Shown here: positions 1 through 9,876 of the stretch, piece after piece
Layout: every line of letters begins with the position of its first letter
Numbering within the stretch: position 1 is the stretch's first letter
From: Candidatus Wolfebacteria bacterium GW2011_GWA1_44_24
Lineage (GTDB): Bacteria > Patescibacteriota > Minisyncoccia > UBA6257 > UBA9933
DNA: 64,000 nt
Direction of reading: 5' to 3'
Assembly: GCA_001001115.1 (NCBI GenBank)
Contig: LCIO01000001.1
Location: 236,710-300,709, forward strand
Notes under the pieces: model-generated
Told to the model about the DNA's origin: nothing
The model's database searches: none
Seen by the model: only the letters and a program-made list of their open reading frames with translations
Made by a program: the position numbers and the translations under genes

Positions 1-592
1 AGCAGGCGTAAAACAAAGAAAAAACAAGATACGTCGCCACATAAGCCGGATTGCCGATGGAACCGGAAAACCTGAAACCACTGCCGCCGAACGCTCCGCC
101 GATAAAACCCGACATTTTCAATCCGGCCGCCGCTCCGTAAAGAATCATCAATGCCGCGGCGGCAATCAAGACCCAAAACAATTTCAGCCAATCTTTTTCT
201 TCTCGAAAAACAACCGCCAGGAGCAGAAAGAAAACGTAAAGATGGATTATCTGGATTCCTCCTTCGCCGCGCTCAAAATTGGACCAAAAGGAATTCGACG
301 GATTAACGCCGAAAAATCCCGATAAAATAAAAATAAGGACAAAAATCGAAACGGCGATGACCAGTGGGGATTTTAATTTAGCCGATAAACGGCTGCCCAT
401 GACCGACAATTTATCCTGCAGCAATAATCCCAATAAAAAGAAAATGAGGGCTAAATCAACTGCGGCCCTGAAAAAAACATATTTGCCCACAATAAAAGGA
501 AAAAGAGTGGAGGCGGTGACAATAGCCGTCGAAAACGGCGCCAGATAAAGGAAAAATTTGGAAATTTTAAAAAAATTCAAATTATTATTCAC
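1..592 (-). CDS. O-antigen ligase-like polytopic membrane protein, N-terminal part (gene runs off the left edge)
   Basis: Hand translation of the minus strand from GTG 592 (alt TTG 580) stays open to position 1: ...FPFIVGKYVFFRAAVDLALIFFLLG...FSGSIGNPAYVATYLVFSL. Multiple hydrophobic helices and a GNP.Y.A.YL motif typical of Wzy_C/O-antigen ligase-like proteins. Absent from the ORF track because it is truncated. Confidence 0.45.
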   Translation of the reverse strand, partial: MNNNLNFFKISKFFLYLAPFSTAIVTASTLFPFIVGKYVFFRAAVDLALIFFLLGLLLQDKLSVMGSRLSAKLKSPLVIAVSIFVLIFILSGFFGVNPSNSFWSNFERGEGGIQIIHLYVFFLLLAVVFREEKDWLKLFWVLIAAAALMILYGAAAGLKMSGFIGGAFGGSGFRFSGSIGNPAYVATYLVFSLFYAC

Positions 593-650
593 AAGATTTA
601 TTTCATCTTATCACCAAGTCTTCCAGAGCGCAAATACTTTTGAAAACTAA

Positions 651-680
651 ATCGCCCCCGCGATGCGGGGGCGATTTTTC
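651..680. terminator. GC-rich hairpin terminator downstream of the surface-protein gene
   Basis: ATCGCCCCCGC-gat-GCGGGGGCGAT, a perfect 11-bp stem flanked by A-run/T-run, lying between the stop at 721 and the next gene start. Confidence 0.7.
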
Positions 681-720
681 CGATTATGCGCTATCGGGAA
701 ACTCAATTCAGAATGTCAGA

Positions 721-3700
721 TTAAGTCTTCAGCGTCACAATTTCCACCGTTGGCGTTCCTTCAGTGTAAAGGCCTGTGATGGTGTCGTTAAGATCGCCAT
801 CAAGGTTGGCGTCATAGCCGCCAAGATCGCTTTCCTTTACATAGAACAAGATATTGCCAAGAGCGTTGACGGATATTTGAACAGTATTGTTGTTTTCAGC
901 CGCAACGTTTGTCTTAACAATCAAGTACCTCCAAGAACCGCCATCAATCTTGCGATTGGATTCGGAAACAGTCTCTATGTCGCCGAACGGCAATGTTGAA
1001 GAGCTCAAGCTGGTCCACAAACTGGAAGTGCCATAGCTGACATCGGCGCTGGCGCTGCCGGCTCCCATACTGGAAGCGTAAAGCTTCCAAGTGGTGGTTG
1101 CCACCGAACTGGTGGCGCTGCCGCCGTTAGCAAAAGTGATTGTGCCGGTAGCAAAGTAAATCGGATTGTTACCGTTATTGGTAACTTTGAACACTCCGAC
1201 TGTTTGTCCAGCTGACAATCCAAGCGTAGTCGCCGTAGTCGGCGAAACACCGGAAACCGTGACTTTTTGAGGCACGATATAGGTGATGCCGGTTGATGTC
1301 GCCGTACCCGACTTGGTTCCGGTTGTTAAGCCGGTAACCGAGCCTTTTACCGCTATGTCGTCAGTCGTTGAAGCAACCATAAACCTGAAGTTGTCTCCAA
1401 GTTTGGACGCCGCACCGGAAACATCGGCTTTAACATAAATGTTAACGCCGGTTGTCGGCACTGGAGCGGAAAGCAAGTTGTCAACGGCGGTAAAGGTCTT
1501 TGAACAAGAGCTTACGCCGCACAAATCAAATTGCGCCGCTGTGGCAAACGGACTGGCTGAAGGACTACCCTCGTACAATTTAATGTTCGCGAGAGTGGTG
1601 GTCGCCAGCGCCGCGCCGGTCGATGTCGCCGTAATCTTCAACGAAGTGATTTTTTGCGGTTCAAAGAGAGAAGTCAGTTTGAACGCAAAATATGTTCCGC
1701 CGGAAGTGCCGATGGACGCCACCTGATTAACCGAAGGCGAAGCGCCCGAGCCGGAAACCACCGACAAGAGAAGCTGGCCGGAGCTAACCAAAGTCATTAT
1801 CTGTCCGCTGCCGGCGAATGTAATGTCTCCGCCGCTCAAAGTATTGCCAGTGGTAACGCCAGTCGCCGTAATCGCGCTCGTTGAAGAAGCGATTGCATAC
1901 GAACTGGTCGCATTATTGGGAATACCGGACAAAATATTGGCTTTGAAATGCAATGTAGTCGGCGAAGTTCGAGTCACCAAAAGCGGATTGCTCAAATTAA
2001 ACGTCACCGCATTGCTGGACAACGATTCGGTTGAAGCGGTTGTCGCAAGAGATGAAGTTTCGTCGCCTTTATACAGCGCATAGCCCTTAATGAAGTTGGC
2101 CGGCGAAGAACTGCTATTAGCCTGAGTCACGACAATCTTGGTGACATTGACATCTTCGCCGCTTGATTGGGCGTTCAGCTCAATGATGGCAAATTCATAA
2201 CCATTGGTGCCGGCAACAATCGATTGCGCAAGCGGAGTTGACAAAGTGGTTGCCGACAAAGCCGCCGCCTTGACCGAAATGGCGTTGCCATCGGTGGCGG
2301 TTGCTCCCGGGTCAACCAAATCGTTGGTTACCAATCTCTTAACCTGCGTCAGGTCAAAAGATTTAACCGTGTAAGTGCTGGCCGCGGTCGCAGTGGTCGA
2401 AATTGAACCCTTAACCGTGATAGTGCTGTCTGTTCCGGCTGTTAATATCGGATAAGAGGACAATGTGAAAGTGCTGGCGCTTGCCACGCCGATGCTTGAA
2501 GCCGCGGTGCTGTAAACGGTTACGCCGTTGACTTCCACTTTAACCGTGCCAGTCAAAACAATGCCTGTTCCGCTGGTGGCGATGTAGAAGCTGATTTGGC
2601 GAAGTTCCATATTTTCACCGTTCGGTTTGGCCATATATTTAGCCAAAATAACGTCGGTTGAACCCGGAGTCACCGAACTGGTCGGAGAATCCGTGGCTCG
2701 GCTGAATGTCAGCGAACCCGAACCGATTGTCTGGATATTGAATCCATTGCCAATCGGAAAGGCTGTGTCATTCGTGCCGGCGCCCGGTATCACTGATACC
2801 ATGGTGGTAGCGCCGCGAAGGTCAATGTCGTAGTTGTTATAAACCGCGAAATTGACTGTTCGGCTGGCGCCGTTGATGATTTTCGCTTTAACGATGAAAT
2901 CCTTCGAAGTTCCCTTGTCAATATTGACGGGACTGGCCGAAAGATTAAATGTGACGTATTTACCAACCTGTTGAGCCGTGGCAAGCACGGTGGTGCCGTC
3001 CTGGGCAAGGAGTTGGACGTCTTTAACATCGGTATCAGCCGCGCTGCCATAATTGTACAACATCAAAGTGTACAATTTTATCGCTTCATTGCTTGAAGAT
3101 TCCGTAATGCGGAATCGGGTAATTTCCTGAACATTATTGGGGTCAACATTTAATGTTGAAGAACCCGTGGAAGTCAGCGCGTCAAGGGTTGTTGAAGCCA
3201 ATGAAGTGCCGCCATTGACAACGCTCATCGCGTTGCCGTTGATCGGGAAAACGCCGTTAACCGCCGAAGCGTCGGAAACGATAGCCGAAGCCGAAGCAAG
3301 GCTGAAGCTTACGGTGCCGTTATAATCACCGGTTACTAAATTGAACCGAACCGTGGCGGTTTCAGTTTTACCGGCTGAAACAGCAATCGGATCAGTTGAC
3401 ATCGTAATCAACACCGTATTATCGGCGTTAATTGAAGTAACCACGGTGCCGTGACGGACGCCGCTGGAATCAACCACGTCAACGCCGTTCATTTTGGTGT
3501 TGGCCAAGAAACCGCTCTTGGTTACCGTAATAGCGGTAATTTTTGCGTCTTGGGAAGCGGTTAAATTAACTTTCAACGCTTTGTTGAAAGCCGTGCCCGA
3601 ACCAATAGTCGCTGAAGCCGGGTTATCCGAGGCCAAAGCCAAAGTCAAACCGGTTCCTGGAGTTGTCGGAGTTGTTGGAGTTGTTGGAGTTGTCGGCGTA

Positions 3701-4128
3701 GTTACGGCCAATGAAGCCAAATAAGCGCGGGTTTTGGGACCGAAATATCCGGCAGCCGGAGAAACTCCGGCGCTGGCCTGATATTCACCCAAAGCCGCTC
3801 TGGTCAAAGAACCAAAAAAGCCGGTGGCGCCAACCGCTGCCAAAGCCGCTGCCGCTGATCCTTTATTGACGGATATCAGATAATTCTGCAGGGACTTAAC
3901 ATCGTCTCCCTTGCTGCCGACCGTCAAATCGGTGGCAATCGAAGGAATTGAAGTCGCTGGCGCTTGAACCGCCAACTGCGCCTGCAAAGCCTGAATCTGA
4001 GCCAGCAAGGCCGTGATTTGCGCCTGCAAATCGACGGTTGTCTGACCCATAGCGCCAACAGGAATCATGGTCGCTATCATGGTGATGGCAACCAGGGTTG
4101 TTGAAAATTTGTTTAATGTATTACTCAT
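721..4128 (-). CDS. Giant secreted surface/S-layer-like protein with peptidoglycan-binding domain
   Basis: 1135 aa ORF. N-terminal signal/TM (LVAITMIATMIPVGAMG), QAQ coiled segment, PG_binding_1-like repeat (GSKGDDVKSLQNYL...GYFGPKTRAYL), TPTTPTTPTTPTTP linker, then ~900 aa of Thr/Ser/Ala/Val-rich beta-type sequence. Confidence 0.7.
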   Translation of the reverse strand: MSNTLNKFSTTLVAITMIATMIPVGAMGQTTVDLQAQITALLAQIQALQAQLAVQAPATSIPSIATDLTVGSKGDDVKSLQNYLISVNKGSAAAALAAVGATGFFGSLTRAALGEYQASAGVSPAAGYFGPKTRAYLASLAVTTPTTPTTPTTPTTPGTGLTLALASDNPASATIGSGTAFNKALKVNLTASQDAKITAITVTKSGFLANTKMNGVDVVDSSGVRHGTVVTSINADNTVLITMSTDPIAVSAGKTETATVRFNLVTGDYNGTVSFSLASASAIVSDASAVNGVFPINGNAMSVVNGGTSLASTTLDALTSTGSSTLNVDPNNVQEITRFRITESSSNEAIKLYTLMLYNYGSAADTDVKDVQLLAQDGTTVLATAQQVGKYVTFNLSASPVNIDKGTSKDFIVKAKIINGASRTVNFAVYNNYDIDLRGATTMVSVIPGAGTNDTAFPIGNGFNIQTIGSGSLTFSRATDSPTSSVTPGSTDVILAKYMAKPNGENMELRQISFYIATSGTGIVLTGTVKVEVNGVTVYSTAASSIGVASASTFTLSSYPILTAGTDSTITVKGSISTTATAASTYTVKSFDLTQVKRLVTNDLVDPGATATDGNAISVKAAALSATTLSTPLAQSIVAGTNGYEFAIIELNAQSSGEDVNVTKIVVTQANSSSSPANFIKGYALYKGDETSSLATTASTESLSSNAVTFNLSNPLLVTRTSPTTLHFKANILSGIPNNATSSYAIASSTSAITATGVTTGNTLSGGDITFAGSGQIMTLVSSGQLLLSVVSGSGASPSVNQVASIGTSGGTYFAFKLTSLFEPQKITSLKITATSTGAALATTTLANIKLYEGSPSASPFATAAQFDLCGVSSCSKTFTAVDNLLSAPVPTTGVNIYVKADVSGAASKLGDNFRFMVASTTDDIAVKGSVTGLTTGTKSGTATSTGITYIVPQKVTVSGVSPTTATTLGLSAGQTVGVFKVTNNGNNPIYFATGTITFANGGSATSSVATTTWKLYASSMGAGSASADVSYGTSSLWTSLSSSTLPFGDIETVSESNRKIDGGSWRYLIVKTNVAAENNNTVQISVNALGNILFYVKESDLGGYDANLDGDLNDTITGLYTEGTPTVEIVTLKT

Positions 4129-4314
4129 TTTTTATTTTTAAGTTAGGAGTCGATTTTTACTTCAAAAAGTGAGGTTTTTGAGAATAAAAATGACAATAAA
4201 ATTTTATGATTTAAATGTTTTTGTTTCTGGAAAGTTATCGCTTTCATCAACCGACCCGCTGTCTGGCCATGTGAGGTTAGGCAGCAGCTTAATAAAAGAA
4301 TAACCTGTATAGCA

Positions 4315-4342
4315 AATAAAAAACTCACTTTCAAAAAGTGAG
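4315..4342 (-). terminator. Intrinsic terminator (minus strand) inside the 390-bp spacer upstream of the surface-protein gene
   Basis: Minus strand reads CTCACTTT-ttg-AAAGTGAG followed by TTTTTT. Confidence 0.6.
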
Positions 4343-4419
4343 ACTGATGCCAAAAACCAAAGCTAACGCCAAAAGCTTGATTGCGATTCAGCCTCACTTC
4401 TGAATCTTTATATCTGTTG

Positions 4420-4448
4420 ATAATAACCGCTGGTTATCCCTTTGACAA
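4420..4448 (-). promoter_or_regulatory. Sigma70-like promoter TTGTCA-N17-TATTAT with palindrome ATAACC-agc-GGTTAT in the spacer
   Basis: Minus strand: TTGTCA (4448-4443), 17-nt spacer, TATTAT (4425-4420). The spacer contains a 6+6 inverted repeat (possible operator). Confidence 0.45.
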
Positions 4449-4517
4449 TAGCCTGACTGTGGATAACCGCTTCTTCACCTCTATAATATTTCTAACGAAT
4501 AAGGAGGCTGTTTGTTT

Positions 4518-5261
4518 CTACGGCCGCCACCTGGAAGCCGCAAAAATGACAACGATAGACGCTATAAAAATAATGATGTTTTTCAAAGCCCCTTGCCGGT
4601 TAAGGGTTCCGTTTAAATGATGGATAGCCGACTCTTTCATGACCAAAACCATCGCCAAAAGCAAAGCGCTTGAATTCAAAAAACCCAAAGGCAGAAGAGC
4701 GACGGCCCAAAAAAATTGAAGATTCAAGAAAGTAAAACCAGCGGCCAATAAATTTACTTTCGCCGCCGTTTGTCCCAAATTCAGCGCGAAACGAAACGCT
4801 TCGTGCCAAAGCAAAAATATTGCCAGACCGGCCAATAGATATTTCAACGCAAAAAAATTTGATTTATCGGAAAGAAAAAACGCGACAAAAACCAAAAACA
4901 TCAAAGAATTGTTGAAAAGATGATAGAGCGGCTGGCGATGGACGAAAATCAGATTTTTAATTCCAAGCAGAAGAAAAAATAAAAAAGATAAAATCAAAAC
5001 AACAGCTAATCGCAACGGCCATTGTTCGTTGAACGGATAAAAAACGAAAAGCAAAGAAACAACGAGGAGGATTAGAAAAGAAGAAAGCATCGGCCGGGTT
5101 TTGGAAAACGGCTGGAAATAAAAATAAGCGGCCGCGACAATGAAAATAACGGTCAACGGCCAGCCGGCGGCCGCCAAAAATACGAACAAGCCGAAAATCG
5201 CGGCCTTAAGCGCCGATCGTGATGTGTTCCCCCTTAAAACCAAGCTTAATTTTTTTGGCAT
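4518..5261 (-). CDS. Hypothetical polytopic membrane protein (start uncertain)
   Basis: ORF 4518..5303 encodes ~7 hydrophobic helices. The 5' part overlaps the clpB 3' end, so the start is probably ATG 5261 or TTG 5189. Confidence 0.5.
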   Translation of the reverse strand: MPKKLSLVLRGNTSRSALKAAIFGLFVFLAAAGWPLTVIFIVAAAYFYFQPFSKTRPMLSSFLILLVVSLLFVFYPFNEQWPLRLAVVLILSFLFFLLLGIKNLIFVHRQPLYHLFNNSLMFLVFVAFFLSDKSNFFALKYLLAGLAIFLLWHEAFRFALNLGQTAAKVNLLAAGFTFLNLQFFWAVALLPLGFLNSSALLLAMVLVMKESAIHHLNGTLNRQGALKNIIIFIASIVVIFAASRWRP

Positions 5262-7845
5262 CTTTAAGTTCGCCTTTAATAATCCGATTGGCCAATTCGT
5301 CAAGAATCAATTTTTGAATCATCCGCTTGATCGGCCTCGCGCCGTAATCCGGGTCAAAACCGGCTTCCGCAATATGCCGTCTTAAGGAATTGTCGACAGT
5401 GACTTCAAATCCCCGGTTGGCCAATTTTTCCTTCAGCATTCCGAGTTGAAGGTCGATGATTTTTTCAATTTCTTTTTTCCCCAAAGGATTAAAAATGATG
5501 ATTTCATCCAAACGATTCAAAAATTCCGGACGGAAAGTTTCTTTAAGCGATTCTTCCACCCGTTCTTTGAATTCATCGGTTTTGTTCTTTTGCTCGTCAA
5601 CGTCTATTCTGGTGCTAAAACCCAATTTGGAAATTTCCCGGAAATACTCGCTGCCGACGTTTGAAGTCAGAACGATAATGGAATTTTTGAAATTGATTAT
5701 TTTGCCCTTGCCGTCGGTCAATCGACCGTTATCCAAAACCTGAAGTAAAAGGTTAAAAACTTCAGGATGGGCTTTTTCGATTTCATCGAATAAAATCAGG
5801 CTGTATGGCCGATGACGGACGGTTTCGGTTAATTGCCCGCCTTCTTCGTGTCCCACATAGCCGGGCGGCGAGCCGATAAGCCGCGCCACGCTGTGGCGTT
5901 CCATATATTCGGACATATCGATTCTAATCAGGGCTTTTTCGTCGTTAAACATGAATTCCGCCAAAGCCCGCACCAGCTCGGTTTTGCCCACGCCGGTCGG
6001 ACCCAAAAACATAAAAGAGCCGAAAGGTTTGTCTTCGGGGGCCAAGCCCGCGCGCGCCCGGCGAAGAGCGCTGGAGATGGCTTTAATCGCTTTTTCCTGG
6101 CCGATGACTCTTCCGGAAAGAACTTCCTCTATTTTGGAAAGTTTTTCCGCTTCAGACTCAAGCATTCTCGAAACCGGAATGCCGGTCCAGCGGGAAACCA
6201 CGGCCGCAATGTCTTCTTCGTCAACTTTTTCTTTTATAAAATGCTGTTCCGCGCCTTTTTTTATTTTCCCCCTTCCTCTTTCAACATATTTTTTTTCAAA
6301 AGCTTTCAACTCTTTTTCCGCCTGAGGCAATTCGCCATAGACGATTTTCGCCACTTTCTCCAAATTTCCTTCCCGCTCGGCCAGTTCCGCTTCTTGGCGC
6401 AAATTTTCCACCTTCTTTCTCAAATTATGAAATTCTTCGAAGGTGATTTTTTCTCCGTGCCACTTGGCGGAAAGTCCGTCGTTTTTCTCTTTCAATTTAC
6501 GCAATTCTTTTTCAATTTCTTTCAGCCGCTTGTCTTTTTTATTTTCAGAAAGCAGAGCCTGGCGTTCAATTTCCAAACGAGTTATTTCTCTTCTCGTTTT
6601 GTCGATTTCTTTCGGCAAACTTTCGGTTTCCAGCCGCCGGCCGGCCGCGGCCTCGTCAATCAAATCAATGGCTTTGTCCGGCAAAAACCGGTCGGTAATG
6701 TAACGAGCCGAAAGATTGACGGCCGAAACAATCGCCTCGTCGGAAATTCTGATGCCGTGATGAAGCTCGTATTTTTCTTTAAGCCCGCGCAAAATCGCGA
6801 CGCTGTCGTTAATCGAAGGTTCATCAACCATAACCGGCGAAAATCGCCTCTCCAAAGCCGCGTCTTTTTCAATGTGGCGCTGATATTCCCTGATGGTGGT
6901 GGCGCCGATAGCCCTCAATTCTCCCCGAGCCAAAGCGGGTTTAAGCAAATTGGAAGCGTCAATCGCTCCTTCGGCCGCGCCGGCGCCGACAATCATATGA
7001 ATTTCATCGATAAAAAGAATGAGCTTCCCGCTCGATTGCTGGATTTCTTTGATAAACGCTTTGAGCCGGTCTTCGAATTCCCCCCGAAATTTCGTGCCGG
7101 CGATTAAAGACCCCAAATCAAGCATGATGATTTCTTTGTTCTTCAGCGGTTCCGGCACGTCGCCCGAAGCAATCCGCTGAGCCAATCCTTCAACCACCGC
7201 TGTTTTGCCCACGCCGGGTTCGCCGATTAAGACCGGATTATTTTTGGTGCGCCGGCTTAAAATCTGAATCAAGCGCCGAAGCTCTTCTCCCCGGCCGATG
7301 ACCGGGTCAAGTTTTCCGGCTCTGGCTGAATTCGTCAGATTAACGGCGTATTTTTCCAACACCTGAAATTTTGATTCCGGCGTCTCATCGGTAATCCGCA
7401 TTGAACCGCGAAGTTGGGCTAAAACCCTAATCGCCGTTTCCCGGCGCAAACCAAAGTTTTCCAGAATCCGGCTGGCGCTAGAACCGCTTTCCAAAATCGC
7501 CAGAAGCAAATGTTCGCAAGAAATAAATTCGTCTTTCTGGTGGCCGGCGATTTTCGCCCCCCGATCCAAAACCTGCATCAATTCCTGGGAAAGATAAAGC
7601 TGGCCGACATTAGAACCGCCGAAAATTTTCGGCTGTTTCTTCAATTCTTCATCAAGCGCCTGAGCCAGAGATTCAAGATTGACGCCGGCCCTTATCAGAA
7701 GCGGCCTGACAAGAGATTGTTCATCGGAAATCAAAGAGATTAAAAGATGGATAATCTTAAGTTCGCCGTGATTTTCTCGGGCCGCCAAATCCTGGGCATT
7801 TTGAAGGGCCTCCTGGGCCTTGATTGTAAAACGATGAAAATTCAT
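5206..7845 (-). CDS. clpB: ATP-dependent chaperone ClpB (two AAA+ modules with coiled-coil middle domain)
   Basis: 879 aa. Clp_N repeats, Walker [10 protein letters not shown] and GPTGVGKTE, long coiled-coil M-domain between NBD1 and NBD2. Confidence 0.95.
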   Translation of the reverse strand: MNFHRFTIKAQEALQNAQDLAARENHGELKIIHLLISLISDEQSLVRPLLIRAGVNLESLAQALDEELKKQPKIFGGSNVGQLYLSQELMQVLDRGAKIAGHQKDEFISCEHLLLAILESGSSASRILENFGLRRETAIRVLAQLRGSMRITDETPESKFQVLEKYAVNLTNSARAGKLDPVIGRGEELRRLIQILSRRTKNNPVLIGEPGVGKTAVVEGLAQRIASGDVPEPLKNKEIIMLDLGSLIAGTKFRGEFEDRLKAFIKEIQQSSGKLILFIDEIHMIVGAGAAEGAIDASNLLKPALARGELRAIGATTIREYQRHIEKDAALERRFSPVMVDEPSINDSVAILRGLKEKYELHHGIRISDEAIVSAVNLSARYITDRFLPDKAIDLIDEAAAGRRLETESLPKEIDKTRREITRLEIERQALLSENKKDKRLKEIEKELRKLKEKNDGLSAKWHGEKITFEEFHNLRKKVENLRQEAELAEREGNLEKVAKIVYGELPQAEKELKAFEKKYVERGRGKIKKGAEQHFIKEKVDEEDIAAVVSRWTGIPVSRMLESEAEKLSKIEEVLSGRVIGQEKAIKAISSALRRARAGLAPEDKPFGSFMFLGPTGVGKTELVRALAEFMFNDEKALIRIDMSEYMERHSVARLIGSPPGYVGHEEGGQLTETVRHRPYSLILFDEIEKAHPEVFNLLLQVLDNGRLTDGKGKIINFKNSIIVLTSNVGSEYFREISKLGFSTRIDVDEQKNKTDEFKERVEESLKETFRPEFLNRLDEIIIFNPLGKKEIEKIIDLQLGMLKEKLANRGFEVTVDNSLRRHIAEAGFDPDYGARPIKRMIQKLILDELANRIIKGELKDAKKIKLGFKGEHITIGA

Positions 7846-7890
7846 AAATTTTGGTATATTATAATAAAAAAATTAAAAAATTCAACGGGT

Positions 7891-9063
7891 ATGAAAAAAA
7901 TCTATTTTGATTGCGCCGCTACTACACCGATTGATTCGACGGTCAAAAAGGCGATGCTGCCTTATTTTTCCGAAAAATTCGGCAATCCCAGTTCGCTTCA
8001 TTCTTTCGGACAGGAAGTAATGGCCGCAATTGATGACTCAAGGGAAAAAATCGCTCGCTCCATCGGCGCGAATTTTCACGAAATAATTTTTACCGGTTCG
8101 GCGACTGAAGCGAATAATCTGGCGTTGCGCGGCGCAATGAAATTTTTTAATAATCAAAAAATTTCACCCTTAAGGATAATTATTTCTGCGATTGAACACG
8201 AATCAATTTTAGAAACCGCTCGAAGTCTTGAAAAAGAAGGAATAGAAATAATTTATCTGCCGGTTAATAAACAAGGAATTGTTGATTTGAAAAAACTAAA
8301 AGATTCCCTCAATGAACGCACGATTTTAATTTCCATAATGTACGCCAACAATGAAATCGGAACAATCCAGCCAATCGCTGAAATTGCGAAAATAATCAGT
8401 GAATTTAAAAAAGGAGAAAAAATTTCTTTCCCCTACCCGCTATTTCACACCGACGCCGTTCAGGCCTTCCAATTTTTGAATTGCGATGTCGAAAAATTGA
8501 GCGTTGATCTGATGACTTTGTCGGGGCATAAAATTTACGGACCAAAAGGAGTCGGCGCGCTATTTATGAAACATATTCCAAATTCTGAATTCCAGATTTT
8601 AAATTCCATCATTACCGGTGGCGGACAGGAATTCGGTTTGCGTTCCGGCACGGAAAACGTGCCCGCCATTGTCGGTTTTGCCAAAGCCGCGGAATTGGCG
8701 GTCAAAAACCGCAAAAAAGAATCTGAAAAAATCGGCCAATTAACGAATTATTTCTGGCAAAAAATCAAAAAAATCTTTCCAAAAACGGAAATAAACGGCA
8801 GCAGAAATCGCCTGCCAAATATCTTAAACGTCTATTTTTCCAACCGTCGCGCTGAAGATTTGTTAATAAAACTTGATTTGGCCGGCGTTGCGGTTTCTTC
8901 CGGCAGCGCTTGTTCAAGCCGCTCGACAAAACTTTCTTACGTCCTCAAAGCCGTCGGCTGCGATGACAAAAGAATAAAAAGCAGTTTGCGTTTCAGTTTT
9001 GGAAAATTCACGACCAAAAAGGAAATTGATGAAGTGATAAAAATAATGGAAAATATTTTATAA
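7891..9063 (+). CDS. Cysteine desulfurase (NifS/IscS class V aminotransferase)
   Basis: MKKIYFDCAATTPID..., SGHKIYGPKGVGALF (PLP-Lys), RSGTENV, SSGSACSS active-site Cys loop. Start moved to ATG 7891 from the ORF-track 7747. Confidence 0.9.
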   Translation: MKKIYFDCAATTPIDSTVKKAMLPYFSEKFGNPSSLHSFGQEVMAAIDDSREKIARSIGANFHEIIFTGSATEANNLALRGAMKFFNNQKISPLRIIISAIEHESILETARSLEKEGIEIIYLPVNKQGIVDLKKLKDSLNERTILISIMYANNEIGTIQPIAEIAKIISEFKKGEKISFPYPLFHTDAVQAFQFLNCDVEKLSVDLMTLSGHKIYGPKGVGALFMKHIPNSEFQILNSIITGGGQEFGLRSGTENVPAIVGFAKAAELAVKNRKKESEKIGQLTNYFWQKIKKIFPKTEINGSRNRLPNILNVYFSNRRAEDLLIKLDLAGVAVSSGSACSSRSTKLSYVLKAVGCDDKRIKSSLRFSFGKFTTKKEIDEVIKIMENIL

Positions 9064-9873
9064 GCCAAATGCCAGCAAACTATTTTTAACGGTTTGCTCG
9101 CTGATTTTTTCCAGTGACAACCCCTTAATTTCCGCCAATTTCTTGGCGGTTTCAATAATATGCGCCGGTTCATTTCTCTGTCCCCGATACGACGCCGGCG
9201 CCACATAAGGCGCGTCGGTTTCCAAAAGAATTTTTTCCAAAGGAATATATCTGATTATTTCGTCAAAATCGCGATTAAAAGTAATCAAACCGCCGAAGGT
9301 GAAATAAAATCCCATTGCCAGCAATTTTTTGGCATCATCCAAGGTGCCGGTGAAAAAATGAATAACGCCGGGTTTTAAATTCTGAACTTCGGATTTTAAA
9401 ATTTCAATTGAATCATCAAACGCCTGCCGGCAATGAATCATCAACGGCTTATCGATTTCATTCGCCAATTTAATGTGTTTTATAAAAACTTCTTTTTGTT
9501 TGATTTTTGATTTTTCATCTTTAATTCTATAATAATCCAATCCGCATTCTCCGATTGCCACCACTTTTTCATTTTTTGCCAATTCCAGATAATAATTTTT
9601 GTCAAAATCTTCCCCCCTGGTTTTATATTGGATTTTCTCGCCGGCTTCCAATCTATCAACTTCTGTCTCAAAAAGGTGGGCTGGATGAAGACCGACAGCC
9701 GCGTAAACGCCTTTCTCGTAATTCTGGGCGATTTCTACGGCGCGCTTGGAAGTTGTTGACTGCGAACCGACATTAACGAGCCAGATATTATTTTTTAAAG
9801 CCTTGTCGATAACTTCCCGCCAATCGTTTTTAAAAGCATTGAAGTTTACGTGGGTATGAGCGTCAAATAACAT
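9058..9873 (-). CDS. tatD: TatD-family metal-dependent hydrolase/DNase
   Basis: MLFDAHTHVNF..., GECGLDY, IHCR, ETDAPY motifs. Confidence 0.9.
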   Translation of the reverse strand: MLFDAHTHVNFNAFKNDWREVIDKALKNNIWLVNVGSQSTTSKRAVEIAQNYEKGVYAAVGLHPAHLFETEVDRLEAGEKIQYKTRGEDFDKNYYLELAKNEKVVAIGECGLDYYRIKDEKSKIKQKEVFIKHIKLANEIDKPLMIHCRQAFDDSIEILKSEVQNLKPGVIHFFTGTLDDAKKLLAMGFYFTFGGLITFNRDFDEIIRYIPLEKILLETDAPYVAPASYRGQRNEPAHIIETAKKLAEIKGLSLEKISEQTVKNSLLAFGL

Positions 9874-9876
9874 AGA

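Noticed and set aside
3655-3705. Short tandem DNA repeat GGAGTTGT(C/T)GGAGTTGTTGGAGTTGTTGGAGTTGTCGG considered as a possible CRISPR or VNTR locus
   Set aside because: The units are 9 bp with no spacers and lie inside a CDS, where they encode the TPTTPTTPTTPTTP linker. This is not a CRISPR array.
5833-7107. 424-aa plus-strand ORF (and several 70-130-aa ORFs) antisense to clpB
   Set aside because: The translation is low-complexity and Phe/Arg/Lys-rich with no recognisable motifs. The opposite strand encodes a full-length, motif-perfect ClpB, so these are shadow ORFs.
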